In this document: positions 10,701 through 18,574 of the stretch, piece by piece
Numbering within the stretch: the stretch's first letter is position 1
Layout: each line of letters opens with the position of its first letter
DNA from: a virus
Lineage: Duplodnaviria > Caudoviricetes
Virus record (IMG/VR): IMGVR_UViG_3300025673_000017
Span: 1 to 25,632 of that record
Reading direction: 5' to 3' (one strand)
DNA length: 25,632 nt
Position numbers and translations under genes: made by a program
The notes under the pieces: model-generated
What the model saw: only the letters and a program-made list of their open reading frames with translations
Database searches by the model: none
Told to the model about the DNA's origin: nothing

Positions 10701-12932
10701 CAATCCTAACAGATAGCCTTCGTCGCGGGCCAATAGCGCCGCCTCGTCTAAAGTCATGCCCTGTTGATTGACGAACTTAGTTTGTCCCGGTTTACCCTGG
10801 TGCCAAAGCTCGGCGTTCCTTTGCGCTAACTCGCCGCCAATGTCTTGTAGACCGCCTTGCTCCGCAAGAAAACTCATCAATGAACGGCCTTTAAGTTGTG
10901 ATTCTGTTTTAAGCGGCGCCGGGTTAATCAGTTGTTCTGCCAGGATTCTAATCGCCGCCGGTGTTGTTTCAATCGGCGCCCCAGGCATCACGCGCTGAAT
11001 CTTAATGCCCCGCATAGCTAAAGATGTTTCTGGGGCTATGCCATAACGAGCCTCCAAGGTCTTAGCGCGGGCTCGATGTAGCGCCGCGCTATTAGCCGCC
11101 GAAGACGTATTCATCCCCGCGTTAATTAACTGGTTATAGATCGACTCGAATAGCTCATCGCCTTTTTGCGTCTCTTCAAACTGAGATAACATTTCGTCAT
11201 ACTCAGATTGTATTCCCTTCATTAGATCGGGGTTGTTTTCTTGCCAGGTCTTGGCCTCGTTCGCTGACCAATCACCCGAATGGAACCGTAAGTCCTGGGC
11301 CAAACCACTGTGATGCTCGGTCCGCACTACATCTTTAATGTAGTTCTCGAGTGGGATAACGATGTCGCCATTGCGGCTATCGGCTTCTTGCAACTGATCG
11401 CTGACCCCCATAGACTCGAAGATCTCTTTATTCTCTTCGGCCAACGGGTCCATGCCGACCGATTGGAAATATTGCATAAAGCGATCGGCTTCGATATGAA
11501 TACCATCGACTTCGCCTTTCTCGACAATATCCTTAATGATCGCTTTAATCTCGTCTGGCGCGGTATCAAGCGTTTCAAGGTTCTCTGAGGCGTCGCGCAC
11601 ACGCTCAAATAACTCTTCGTTTTGTTCAGCCTTGCGTACCTGGCCGCGACCACTGACGTAATGGATTCCCGCTCCTGGCGCGCCTAGCACTAACATCGCC
11701 TGGCCTACTTTCCAACCGATTTCCAGAACCCGGTCCGCCAATTCGCTAATCGTGCCTTTCTTATGCACTTCAGGATCGATTGATTTAGAAACCTCAGTGC
11801 CGGTGAAAGTGACAACCTCCTGAAGTATCTCCGTACCCGTTTCGGCCGCGATCGTTGTGCCGTACACAGCGGCAGTGCCTTTGAGCAAATTCTTCATCGT
11901 CGTTTGCTCGAGCATTTTGATGGTGCCATTGACCAATAGCCGGGTGAAAGCCTTCTTAACCGGGGCTCCAATAATGCTAATGCCCGCTATCTCCAGGCCG
12001 GCATTTAAAATACCCACCACCACACTGACGGGTACGGCCACATCATGATTGTCGGTGGCCCCCATAATCTCCTGGTAGGCTAACCCCTGTTCGACTTTGA
12101 AGGCATCTTCAGTGATTGCAGACATAAAGCCCGCACCAAAACCAGGGGCAAACGCCAATGCTGACGACATAGGCCCACCAAAGGCCGCCGCCGTACCGAC
12201 CGCCGTACCGGTATAGATACCGCGCTTAACGCCCTCGACCATGCCTTGTTCCATCTGACCGACCAACTCAGCCGCCTGGTCAAACGGATTAAAGCCATCA
12301 TTCGCCTGTGCGCTTTTAGAAGACTGATCGAGATAGTCTAGACGCGCTTGTTCTGCGGCGGTTAAATTATTGTTCAGTGATTTCTTGTTCCACAACAATC
12401 CCATCTCATGCAGTTCAGCACCATGCTTATAACTGGTCGAGATTTCATCACTAGACTCTTTTACTTCATCTTCAAAAGCACTGAGCCCTACATCGACGGC
12501 CTCACCAATACCCCTGGACAGAAGGTCTTTCGGGAGTTCACGAAAGGCAATATCTCCAGAGGTATTAACGTCTCGAGCTTTGAGATTGCCTTTGGAAAAA
12601 TCCTCTAAGACCTTCTCAAAATTCGCGATGTTATCGAAATCGTCTTTTAATTGTGGGTAGGCGTGTTCGCTTGTGCCAATTTGCTTGAAGGTCGAAGGCG
12701 CTGTGTCCTTCAGTTTATTAACCTTCTCGATTTCTTGGTCCCGGGTGGCTTCTTCTCGAACATCAGGCACCACCGACATAGGCACTTTAGCTTTCTCGGA
12801 CAATGCTTTGTCCGCGTTGTATTGTTGGGTTGTTACGCCCTGATTCTTTAATACGTTGGCGTTGGCGTTAGTCTCGTCCTGGTCCGCCCAGTGTTGTTCC
12901 AAGCGCGCCCATTCTTCTTCATTCAATGCCAT
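1734..12932 (-). CDS. Giant internal virion / DNA-ejection protein (T7 gp16 position), large polyvalent protein, 3732 aa
   Basis: Uninterrupted 11.2-kb ORF after two smaller ejection proteins and before the fibres. Gly/Ala-rich hydrophobic segments near the N-terminus and a hydrophobic helix near the C-terminus. Zincin motif FLHESGHFF (5355-5369) with downstream HEKFARAFEAYLFEGKAPS. Also a Cys-rich insert and long coiled-coil stretches. Confidence 0.85.
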   Translation of the reverse strand: MALNEEEWARLEQHWADQDETNANANVLKNQGVTTQQYNADKALSEKAKVPMSVVPDVREEATRDQEIEKVNKLKDTAPSTFKQIGTSEHAYPQLKDDFDNIANFEKVLEDFSKGNLKARDVNTSGDIAFRELPKDLLSRGIGEAVDVGLSAFEDEVKESSDEISTSYKHGAELHEMGLLWNKKSLNNNLTAAEQARLDYLDQSSKSAQANDGFNPFDQAAELVGQMEQGMVEGVKRGIYTGTAVGTAAAFGGPMSSALAFAPGFGAGFMSAITEDAFKVEQGLAYQEIMGATDNHDVAVPVSVVVGILNAGLEIAGISIIGAPVKKAFTRLLVNGTIKMLEQTTMKNLLKGTAAVYGTTIAAETGTEILQEVVTFTGTEVSKSIDPEVHKKGTISELADRVLEIGWKVGQAMLVLGAPGAGIHYVSGRGQVRKAEQNEELFERVRDASENLETLDTAPDEIKAIIKDIVEKGEVDGIHIEADRFMQYFQSVGMDPLAEENKEIFESMGVSDQLQEADSRNGDIVIPLENYIKDVVRTEHHSGLAQDLRFHSGDWSANEAKTWQENNPDLMKGIQSEYDEMLSQFEETQKGDELFESIYNQLINAGMNTSSAANSAALHRARAKTLEARYGIAPETSLAMRGIKIQRVMPGAPIETTPAAIRILAEQLINPAPLKTESQLKGRSLMSFLAEQGGLQDIGGELAQRNAELWHQGKPGQTKFVNQQGMTLDEAALLARDEGYLLGLADEDVGQNALLKAIDQEMAGDPVFAERNVDREAIDLLEQREQLVDFLAQQGIHIGQATQTEVEQALSESVFSDDLDMADDAYLQRKATKPSVYDELTGEDKIAIDTFIDRMDDPEAVRERLREHAGTPWARSAMDGAKTRLAIEMLLRGEEPTFTSPMTAPSVVGSKTGIYQAIKNHGEEGAWNYLMATGLIGHPSKPENAVNSSFLNCNPSKNCATYCYATKGNYIYANSINKSELVTWAIEKDPVRAAKLVADSYKAMPEYYSDKALRLFDKGDGDVKWLPFVKELNRRKVRAHIFSKNAEFLREIPEYNIRLLSIDSSNLEMAEANPDLPVAFVYEGEKDIAWLNAHAEQVQVILPVKQGANYLPKDQIRAIPRSVRRNICPMDAGWTQAQQHWSCMNCDKDGGLGCYYGQTTKDSEITQRSLADVMGQEDFPLSLQEVIDVTKRLSIDEQEILHEKLALLLSAARADIDEGAEGIVDPGTDETTQGDGQSGTDDKTFFQSDTTTQAQRNGIGLYSQIELGVLALNKKEWKDDGTASGKQILQWVKKIQGVKATELDALGLEDFLTRTDENDKPVRLTREEVAGYIRSNGLVMKLATAVGDTAKARNQIREAYGLQWTSKEIPLESPLVTEPMRIQVEADLFEVMDRLRRHSIFVDPPGDLSFYGDSIHYFLSDWIDKRQKGGYVTLATPEEELAERQALGRMARNAFSPTTNPHAALTSATLDWPGLKDEDVLAFINANPNTRLTLGEERGMPHELIEQLNRDISIIGSENANYLERDDLYQAIAGFSDDQATEFIDLIYDDLESELWKIKVESYRAIPNKVWVDESAQVAHEIHKTGPDKFVILNSAGVQVEGEYGTLQDAEQGVIQNAVEFGELEDKGTFNSGTFWASYATSNEVLGAIDAENYREIKILLPEVRPKFRESGHSYKEQNILFFMRVWDRLIDTDVELVSIADLPKEAPNKFTSIVTAIPGVDNQTQVNNDVLIKHSVGGLRRELARFQEQLAIEKERSASVTAEADKAFGELTDLREKYLEVHQEFMRVSGERGDLYASMNVADQLIADNSDLPEDHPYTQLTTKIHDLTLYRHNTKVDLDESVKRNQDEIRAKDDYKERIIRTKNTIAQIERAQAELQAEYDGTRAVPSYYAAPESNNSGLTKDFYIRLKSNAAVSLSVMEDIKKEQRKITRAVNELVKDNQELLLKLDLPGVDPESMSHKDVISHKRKALMEYGAASKTRRRALLRNRVLTNEEVDKVDPGRTGPQTEVLTTTQDDIDTFHAIKEFTYIDDKTFDFVIAIMSMQHEFAESNKAMALTQRIWDGRTKEVLEVEKSWADRMAGHKKPIYATGKTYNLDEFQSDWDTKGKQEGFMPEGHDEKALEKEQAESFVKALEVATSWRESVLDSDGQLSLENPLVSLLNDLVKQKVHDLPATDAIPQAAYDLLEHVNPEGSVEDNLKDVFHGAIQKEAGWRINTIGKEPVRYGIPGEVGDLAVVSAQHLIRIIREDRPAALSPDEAMQILESVAEQGFTPETFAAYIEKERISRSSVEFKIGTLNAIKAWADTVAPGLMIEKMMSVNSIRVSANNALNVNIPFEDAVKLFTTQLNQAPQITAMVKHLAQREVAKWNAQKYQGMVANLPFKEDQWVTLAAKRAILDAVEGGYDYLTWPDPNTVVARWHEGSRGLYTLLYEQKMPSAVKKLLSSKVEHIVSDVGSDHFNNSNNRQGYYRVKITDKDRAKYKHGMPIYQGTEESHRGSIQFKDDETVISLFESSNLSTFLHESGHFFLESLGELAEADNANPELMQEYGSILKFLGVESRQAITREHHEKFARAFEAYLFEGKAPSVELQSAFQSFKSWLLNIYKQIMNLDVELNDEIRQVFDRMLATDEEIAAAEQVNNYQPSFTTPEQAGMTQEAFNAYIQSAEKGTKAAADELERIKLADIRRQKEREWKENKKIVHAQVEKEINQLKVYQATYFLTHGEALDGTLPPGMKPMKLNRDALIKMNGGSEVLRLLPGRGRYLTYARQGGAHPDAIAPLFGYETGQDMIDDIIETHQPRAGETRLYSRKQKIQDTTEQEMRNQFGDVYMDGRIEELAKDAIHNDQRGNFLATELRALSRRVGQPGTPANIARAIAKKTIGDLKTSQIRPGAYHLAEVRAAKAAERAILLEDWAEASIQKRHQLINHYLFREARDAQEEVDKIVDRLKRFDRPGTRRNISRDYLEQIDKLLERFDLKRSVSLKTIEKRQAFAEWVAERQAEGQEVIITPQLQALLEVADKTHYKAMKLDDLRALDDTIKNIAHLARLKQKLINSHEKRQYENVVADMVDFARDNHTWKEHPVDYMESKIKKFLQGSAEFLAEHRKLEFVFRRMDAEQIDGPFWHYLFKPIADAENIESKMQEDSVERLKEIFDIYTRKERLAFGNKVKTNLGNMPKQKILAIALNWGNQGNREALLRGEQWTPSQVEQLFDEQMTEKDWQFVQAIWEHIDSFWPQIAEMEFQLTGVRPQKVERAKIQTRFGEKEGGYYPLKSDPTRNEKSFKHAEAEATQDLFETNWLKPATKHGHTIERVGFGGQPVRLDISVISEHINNVIHDLSHRTAIIQVDRLTQDKRIQEAIIAVAGRTTYRQIRPWLQGIASDLAPLDSQLEKVVGHFRQGATIVYMGWKVTTGIVQPLGYMQTIEMIGEKYAMKGLASFYNPVRLKEKLAFVMENSIAMRNRQKTFDRDVRDTLKRMTGDTLEARMAKTYFFHIGLLDMAVAMPSWLGAYEKAMQAEGLDHDAAVAYADSIVRTSQAGGGVKDLAKIQRGGELKRMFIMFYSYFSALYNMLERRTTMTKTGVSGPGRAITSLMYLVILPSLLGEMIVGRGPDEDDEDEDKAIWAAKTIMGYPFMSVVGVRDIAQGIFGDYGYGMSPVPQAVEQSIEGFTSLDDFFDEDEEFTKWDLQNLSMWGGYMFHLPMSQLWISSEELYDTFAEGNDFSLWEFLVKRDPDE

Positions 12933-12933
12933 A

Positions 12934-14628
12934 TTATAGTCTTCCCTGTGCTATCAGATAGTCCTGAATAATGCTCGCCGCATCGATTGGTTTTCCGGCC
13001 GCCTCTCTTCTCCTAACAATGTCATCCCGATCATCTCGAGGGATGTCTTTTAGATTGTATATGTCATCGATGGCAAAGTTTTCTTTGGTCCAGGTGGAGG
13101 TCAGGTTGTAGATCATTTTGTTCCTCACGTCGTCCGGGACAGTCTTAATGCCTTGCTCTTCCGCGTACAACTCAAGTCGGCGACCAAGCTCGGTAATCAC
13201 CCACGCTTTAAAAACATTTTGTGATGCAGTCAGATCGCCGGGCTTCCTTTTGTTGAACAATACGGTTAACGCTTGATCAACGGCCGCTTTGTTATTAAGA
13301 ACACGATTGAGCGTTTTCGTGGAGTCACCCGACGCCGCGCCTTTACCAGTCATCAGGTTTCCTTGCATTGCGAGCGCTTTATCAAAATCTGTCTTACTGA
13401 GGGCGTTTACATACTCCGTGTGCATATCCATATTCACTAACTTGTCACGGGCTTTCTTGTCTCCCGCCGCCGCCTTATAGTACATCGCATTGAGATCTGT
13501 CCACTTCCGTAAATCTGTCACCGGGTCCTGACCAGAGGCTTGTACCTCAGAGAATTTCCACATGGCAGTCAGTATCGGGCCGGTTAAAGATGATGTCTGA
13601 TCAGCGGTTAATTCAGTCACCTTTTTACCGTCGATAATATCTTTCCAGGCCGATTGCCGTTGATCTCTTTCGTATCGGGTTCTGATGGTCGCATTTTCAG
13701 TGAAGCGCGACTTGACCAGGGCAACCACCGCTTCACGCAAAGGGCCCGTCTCTATCTCCCGGGCTTTTTTCATCGCCTCAGTTTCGGATAAGGGCTCGCC
13801 GTTCTTGTCTACTGTGGTCATGATAGTATCAGCCGCCCGTTGGGACCGCTTCTTGAGCCCGTTCTTTAGCATGGCGTTTTCAAGATCATCTTTGACGGTG
13901 CCTAAGATCGCATCTTTCGGTAAGCTCTTGTAATATAGCTCGGCCCGGGAGGGCTGATCACTGGATAAGAAGCGCTCAATGACCGCCTTGTGTGTCTCGG
14001 AGGTAAATTCTTTGGTCTTGAGTTCTAACTGGTCTTTGCTCCACCCACCCCGGGCCGCCATTTCTTTAATCTCTTCGATACCGGCGCCCAACGCCACAGC
14101 GATCTGTTTCGGATCACCGGCATTGTCGGCCGCCTGGTTCACAAACAATTCCACCCGCGCTACGGAGGTTTCGTTCTCCCAGGATACGAACTCACTCATC
14201 GCGTAACTGGATACTTTTCCTAGAGCGCTATTAATACGAACTGATGAGGTATCACCCCAAGCACCTTGTATGCGCGGTGATAAATTCTCACTCACACCTT
14301 TGAAATAACTACGGATTCGATCTTCGGCTTCTTCCTGGTTATCAAGCGCATCGCGTCCTTTGTGTTGCTGAAACGAGGTTAGTGTTTCGCGCAAAAACTC
14401 CTGGCCTTTGTTGTCGCTTTCGCGCAAGACTGCCTTATCGTGCCGGTCCTGAAGTTGACCCGCGAGTGTCATACTTTCTTTGGCAACCTTACCCAGGTCC
14501 TGGCCGGCGCCAATCGTTGCTTTTGCCACCCCGGCGCCAAAGGCGTCAGCCGGCGCGTTGATTTGTTGGCGCGCAGATACTGCCTGGCTTTGAACCTGGC
14601 CGACCTGATATTGTGGTACTTTCGGCAT
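12934..14628 (-). CDS. Internal virion (ejection) protein, T7 gp15 position (564 aa)
   Basis: MPKVPQY start, Gly/Ala-rich N-terminus and helical Ala/Glu/Lys-rich body. Sits between the gp14-like and gp16-like genes. GAGGG SD upstream. The call rests mainly on synteny. Confidence 0.7.
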   Translation of the reverse strand: MPKVPQYQVGQVQSQAVSARQQINAPADAFGAGVAKATIGAGQDLGKVAKESMTLAGQLQDRHDKAVLRESDNKGQEFLRETLTSFQQHKGRDALDNQEEAEDRIRSYFKGVSENLSPRIQGAWGDTSSVRINSALGKVSSYAMSEFVSWENETSVARVELFVNQAADNAGDPKQIAVALGAGIEEIKEMAARGGWSKDQLELKTKEFTSETHKAVIERFLSSDQPSRAELYYKSLPKDAILGTVKDDLENAMLKNGLKKRSQRAADTIMTTVDKNGEPLSETEAMKKAREIETGPLREAVVALVKSRFTENATIRTRYERDQRQSAWKDIIDGKKVTELTADQTSSLTGPILTAMWKFSEVQASGQDPVTDLRKWTDLNAMYYKAAAGDKKARDKLVNMDMHTEYVNALSKTDFDKALAMQGNLMTGKGAASGDSTKTLNRVLNNKAAVDQALTVLFNKRKPGDLTASQNVFKAWVITELGRRLELYAEEQGIKTVPDDVRNKMIYNLTSTWTKENFAIDDIYNLKDIPRDDRDDIVRRREAAGKPIDAASIIQDYLIAQGRL

Positions 14629-14654
14629 CTTAGGCCCTCATTGCTTAGTTGATG

Positions 14655-15242
14655 TTATACCGGACGGGTTGCCATAGCGGCGCCTTGTAGCCCGTAACTC
14701 GCCGCAGAGCTAAGACTTGAGCTAACAGCACCTATGTTTCCGGCGCGAACCGCTTGTTGTCCAGAGGCTGTCAATAAGGTTGACTCCGCCCGGCTGTTTG
14801 ATGCGCCCACGCGGGCCTTCCAGGCTTGACGCTCTGAGTTCGATCGAATTGTTAAAGCATCCATCTCACCGAAATAAGCGGTATCACTCAGCACGTCTAA
14901 TGCTGAACCTGAATCCAATTCAACACCCGAAGCGGCAAGCGCTGATCGTTGCTGACCTTTCAGTTGTGATACTTTTAATCGGTGTTGTTGTTCTGCTATA
15001 CGCCCTCGGTCTAGGGCATCTTGAGCCTCCCACTCGCCCACCTTGGCGTTATTCTCGGCCACCTTGGCCTGGTAATCCGCTTGCTTTTTCCTGGCGTCGG
15101 CCGCTTGCACTTGCCCATAGGCTGTCATGGCGATACTGGCCGCCATACTTACAGCAATACCCACATTGATAGCCAGGGCTGTTCCGGCAGTGGCTGAAGT
15201 CCAACCGGCGGCAACCAGTGCCGGGGCTGTTACGATACACAT
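14655..15242 (-). CDS. Internal virion (ejection) protein, T7 gp14-like (about 195 aa)
   Basis: Start revised from 15308 to the ATG at 15242 (MCIVTAPAL...), which has a GGAGA SD and directly follows the upstream stop. Hydrophobic Ala/Gly N-terminus and the G.Q.A..AASGV.L.SGS..DV motif typical of this family. Confidence 0.8.
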   Translation of the reverse strand: MCIVTAPALVAAGWTSATAGTALAINVGIAVSMAASIAMTAYGQVQAADARKKQADYQAKVAENNAKVGEWEAQDALDRGRIAEQQHRLKVSQLKGQQRSALAASGVELDSGSALDVLSDTAYFGEMDALTIRSNSERQAWKARVGASNSRAESTLLTASGQQAVRAGNIGAVSSSLSSAASYGLQGAAMATRPV

Positions 15243-15243
15243 A

Positions 15244-15723
15244 TCATTTATCTCCCATATAAAAGCGTTGGAATTTCTTACCCCTGGGACCCCAGATTTG
15301 TGGCTCATCGAAGCTAAAGCCTAACCATTTAAGCCAATGGATAGCGCCAGTATTCTTGCAGTACACCCAATTTTCTAAGCGATCATAAGGGCCTTTCATT
15401 TTTTTTAACAAAGGCTTGCATCGCCGCAAGAATAGCAACGGGTGCTTTTCAACCAGGTCGGTTGCTAAGAACCAGGGCAGACCAATGCCGCCCATTACAG
15501 ATACTGGCCCCGTACCCCAAAGACACGCCAACTCGCCATCAGCTAATCCCGCCCTGGAATAGGTTGAATAGGCGACAGAATCACGAATGGCCTTCTCAAT
15601 TGATGTGCCCCGGAACGTAGAGGCTCGAATTTCAATTTTATCGCTACGACGTAAATTCTTTGCGAGCGAGACAATGTCTTCTGGCCGCACTTCTCTTATC
15701 TCGACGACCGGTTTATTTGCCAA
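15244..15723 (-). CDS. T7 gp13-like / internal virion protein A, GNAT-fold protein (about 159 aa)
   Basis: Motifs LRRSDKIEI, G.PW.LAT and LENWV...N..AI.WLKWLGF.F. Start revised to the TTG at 15723 (GAGGTGG SD; 11-nt overlap with the tubular B gene) instead of 15795. Confidence 0.8.
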   Translation of the reverse strand: MANKPVVEIREVRPEDIVSLAKNLRRSDKIEIRASTFRGTSIEKAIRDSVAYSTYSRAGLADGELACLWGTGPVSVMGGIGLPWFLATDLVEKHPLLFLRRCKPLLKKMKGPYDRLENWVYCKNTGAIHWLKWLGFSFDEPQIWGPRGKKFQRFYMGDK

Positions 15724-18571
15724 ACTCCACCTCTGGGATAACGGCCAAGATTGTGACGGGCAACGGGTCATCTTGACGGAAGGATATTGAGCCAAACTGT
15801 GTCCATTTAGGTGAACCTACGATAGCTATATCGCCCGTTACCCACTCGGATGCGGTGTCGTAAGCGCTGTATACGGGTGTTTTAAACTCCGTTAGATCGT
15901 CTAGATTGGGCCCGGCTTTGCCGCCCAGGGTATTCTCGACCCTGAACGTCGTCTTTCCGATAGACTTAGCTTTTCCTTGGACGTTGCGATTGGACACGTT
16001 AATTGGCAACGTCTCGAAATCCGCCTCGATAGGTAACCCCGCTGAAACCTTCTCATAGCCCCCGGAGGCGGAATTTGGAAGCGACACAGAACCGCCGGAA
16101 ACCGTCTGGCGAGCAAGCACTTCACCATCGCCACCAAAAAGACTGACCTCTTCCCCTTCGAGATGACTCAGTCCGCTCAGAGAAACTGCGCTTAAAGACC
16201 ACCGGCCACGATCGACGTTTGTCGTGCCACTATTCCCAAACGCTTTAGTGACATCAATAACGACCCCCGGATACGAGGATGTGTCCAAACCAAAATCCTG
16301 GAAAACATCTGCGACTATTGAAGAAACCACAGTTCCCGTTACAATACCGTTTGTAGAGTGCGTGCCCGTGATCTTGACCTGTAACACTTCGCCCGTTGGA
16401 GCATAAAGTCGCAACACTCTCGGATTCTCGGTCCCATCTATAATGGTAGAGACAGAGGCGTAGCCATCCTCATAATTTATAAACCCCAACTCAATCCCTG
16501 TGCCATAGGATATTCCGGTTAGGGTCGAGCCGTCGGGCAAACCAATACCGACAATCACTTTTCCAGTGTGCGTGCCGTCATACGAAAGTCCACTGTCTAC
16601 AAAGAAAGACTGTGATAATTCGTTAACTACGCGAGACTCTAGTCGTTCAACGTACCGGCAAATGTTACCGTCTATGACTCTTTTGACAAGAAAATATACT
16701 GCATCTTCTGAGCCCTCGGTCACGGTACAAACCGACTCAAATAGCCCGTTCGTGGAATCGTGCCTGGCCCACCCCCAAACCTCATGCTCACGCATATACG
16801 TTAATGTGACGAGCGACCCGTCCGACAGCACTACCCACACCAGTGACCAGGGAGCCTGGGCATAGGCCCATGACTTCACTGTTTTACCGGCGAATAAATG
16901 GTTCGATAACACGGTCAAATCATTCCCGGTATACGAATCACTTTCTAATGAGTATGCCAAATCCCTAATGATCGCCCCTTTTGACTGGACGTAAATAACC
17001 GTGTTGCCAATAGCAATGGGTGGCATATTGGACGACCCCCGATAGCCTTGTGGCTTGACATGCACCGAACCGGGCTGAATAGCCCCATCCCCGGCCGCCG
17101 ATAACAACCACTCTCCACCACTGGTTAGCAGTAGTAACGAGTCCAGGCCAACAATATGACGTAACTCGTTAACCTCTCTCGCGGCAATAGTGAGAGTAAT
17201 CGCGTCATCCGCGCGCAATGGAACTGAGGTATTGAAATTCTTATAGGCTCCCGCCTGGGACATCCATAGCGTTTGCGGCTCATTTGTACTTTGGCCAAAA
17301 ATAAGTCGTTGCTGATAATATGAAACCACCTCAGGGTATTTACCGGCACCGTCAAATACAGCCCTGACTACGGGAGGGGTTATACTAATGTCCGGGCGAA
17401 TATTGTCATCAATAAAGCTATTGCTCGTCGCTCTACCGATAAAACCATAGATGCCACCCTCCTTTTTATACACATTATACGTTTCGATAATGCCAGAAGA
17501 ATGGGCGGTCCAGGCCACTGTGTTTGTCACCCCATTACCTAAGTGGTTGTTGGTCAATGATGCGGCCGAAGAAACAGGAGATTCAGCCCCGGTTATTGGC
17601 TCAACCGCAGTCACAACATAAGAGTGCCACATCCACGGGTCGGCGCCATCATAATTCTGACCGGACACAGAAACACCGACCACCTGAGTTAAAGCAGACC
17701 CGAACACTATTTCTGATAACGACCACGACGTGTGTGAAGAGCGGGATAATTCCATCGGCGGAAAATCACGGTGACAAATCGTCATGACATCTGCGGACTG
17801 GGTGACTTGCAAGTTTTCTAACTGGTCATATTTATACGGCGTAGGGATAATCACCAGATCCCCGTCCGAATCAACCACCGCCCCGCCATCTTTAATGATC
17901 TGTAGAACGAGGTCAGAAAAGACCAAAACATAGGTTTGCTCGGTATTGAAAGAGAAAGGGATTAGTCGTCCTGGCACCCGGTCCGCGCCTTCAGCGGCGT
18001 CTTTCTTAGTAATAGTAATCACTCGCCCAGAAGACTGGTAGCTATTCGCATAATAGAGTTCGTTAAAAACTCCGCTAGATATACCATTCCTCAATGTGTT
18101 ACTTAAACGGCTTACTGTGTTATCCACATTGGTCGGTGCGATGGTTACAGTAAATTCAAGGTCTTGTATCTTAAAAATGAATTTATCTCCCTCCCAATAG
18201 ATAATGTCTGTGTCATCATCTGCCGGCCCATCATGTAATGTGATGTGAGATCTTATTTCAGTGTCGGTGCCCCACGAATAACCTTCGCCCTCACCATAAG
18301 GGATACTGACCGTTGACAGCGCACCCACAGGGGATGTGGCGTTACTGGGCGCGTTGGAACCAGGAACATAAATACATTCAAAAATCAATCGTCGGTCTAA
18401 TGCTGTAATCATGCGCGTACCAGAGCGGTTACTTACCCCGCCATGCGCTTGCACAAAAAAATTACGACAAGTTTTTAGCCCAACTGAATACTTTGCAAGA
18501 TCAACCCTGGCGTGCAGAGATGGTGCTAGTTCGCCGCCGGAAAAAGATTCTTGCATCACTGATGCTACCAT
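15713..18571 (-). CDS. Tail tubular protein B / nozzle (T7 gp12-like), 952 aa
   Basis: Motifs QxSFSGGELAP.L..RVDL..Y, GG...R.GT, RLIPFSF, TQSADVM, YP..V.YYQQRL.F, EHEVWGWARH, SGLSHLEG and C-terminal QDDPLPVTILAV. Confidence 0.92.
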   Translation of the reverse strand: MVASVMQESFSGGELAPSLHARVDLAKYSVGLKTCRNFFVQAHGGVSNRSGTRMITALDRRLIFECIYVPGSNAPSNATSPVGALSTVSIPYGEGEGYSWGTDTEIRSHITLHDGPADDDTDIIYWEGDKFIFKIQDLEFTVTIAPTNVDNTVSRLSNTLRNGISSGVFNELYYANSYQSSGRVITITKKDAAEGADRVPGRLIPFSFNTEQTYVLVFSDLVLQIIKDGGAVVDSDGDLVIIPTPYKYDQLENLQVTQSADVMTICHRDFPPMELSRSSHTSWSLSEIVFGSALTQVVGVSVSGQNYDGADPWMWHSYVVTAVEPITGAESPVSSAASLTNNHLGNGVTNTVAWTAHSSGIIETYNVYKKEGGIYGFIGRATSNSFIDDNIRPDISITPPVVRAVFDGAGKYPEVVSYYQQRLIFGQSTNEPQTLWMSQAGAYKNFNTSVPLRADDAITLTIAAREVNELRHIVGLDSLLLLTSGGEWLLSAAGDGAIQPGSVHVKPQGYRGSSNMPPIAIGNTVIYVQSKGAIIRDLAYSLESDSYTGNDLTVLSNHLFAGKTVKSWAYAQAPWSLVWVVLSDGSLVTLTYMREHEVWGWARHDSTNGLFESVCTVTEGSEDAVYFLVKRVIDGNICRYVERLESRVVNELSQSFFVDSGLSYDGTHTGKVIVGIGLPDGSTLTGISYGTGIELGFINYEDGYASVSTIIDGTENPRVLRLYAPTGEVLQVKITGTHSTNGIVTGTVVSSIVADVFQDFGLDTSSYPGVVIDVTKAFGNSGTTNVDRGRWSLSAVSLSGLSHLEGEEVSLFGGDGEVLARQTVSGGSVSLPNSASGGYEKVSAGLPIEADFETLPINVSNRNVQGKAKSIGKTTFRVENTLGGKAGPNLDDLTEFKTPVYSAYDTASEWVTGDIAIVGSPKWTQFGSISFRQDDPLPVTILAVIPEVEFGK

Positions 18572-18574
18572 CTG

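Noticed and set aside
15243-15308. Track start at 15308 for the gp14-like gene (also 15795 for the GNAT and 24965 for terL)
   Set aside because: These starts create long overlaps. The downstream starts at 15242, 15723 and 24947 have better SD or coupling and family-typical N-termini.
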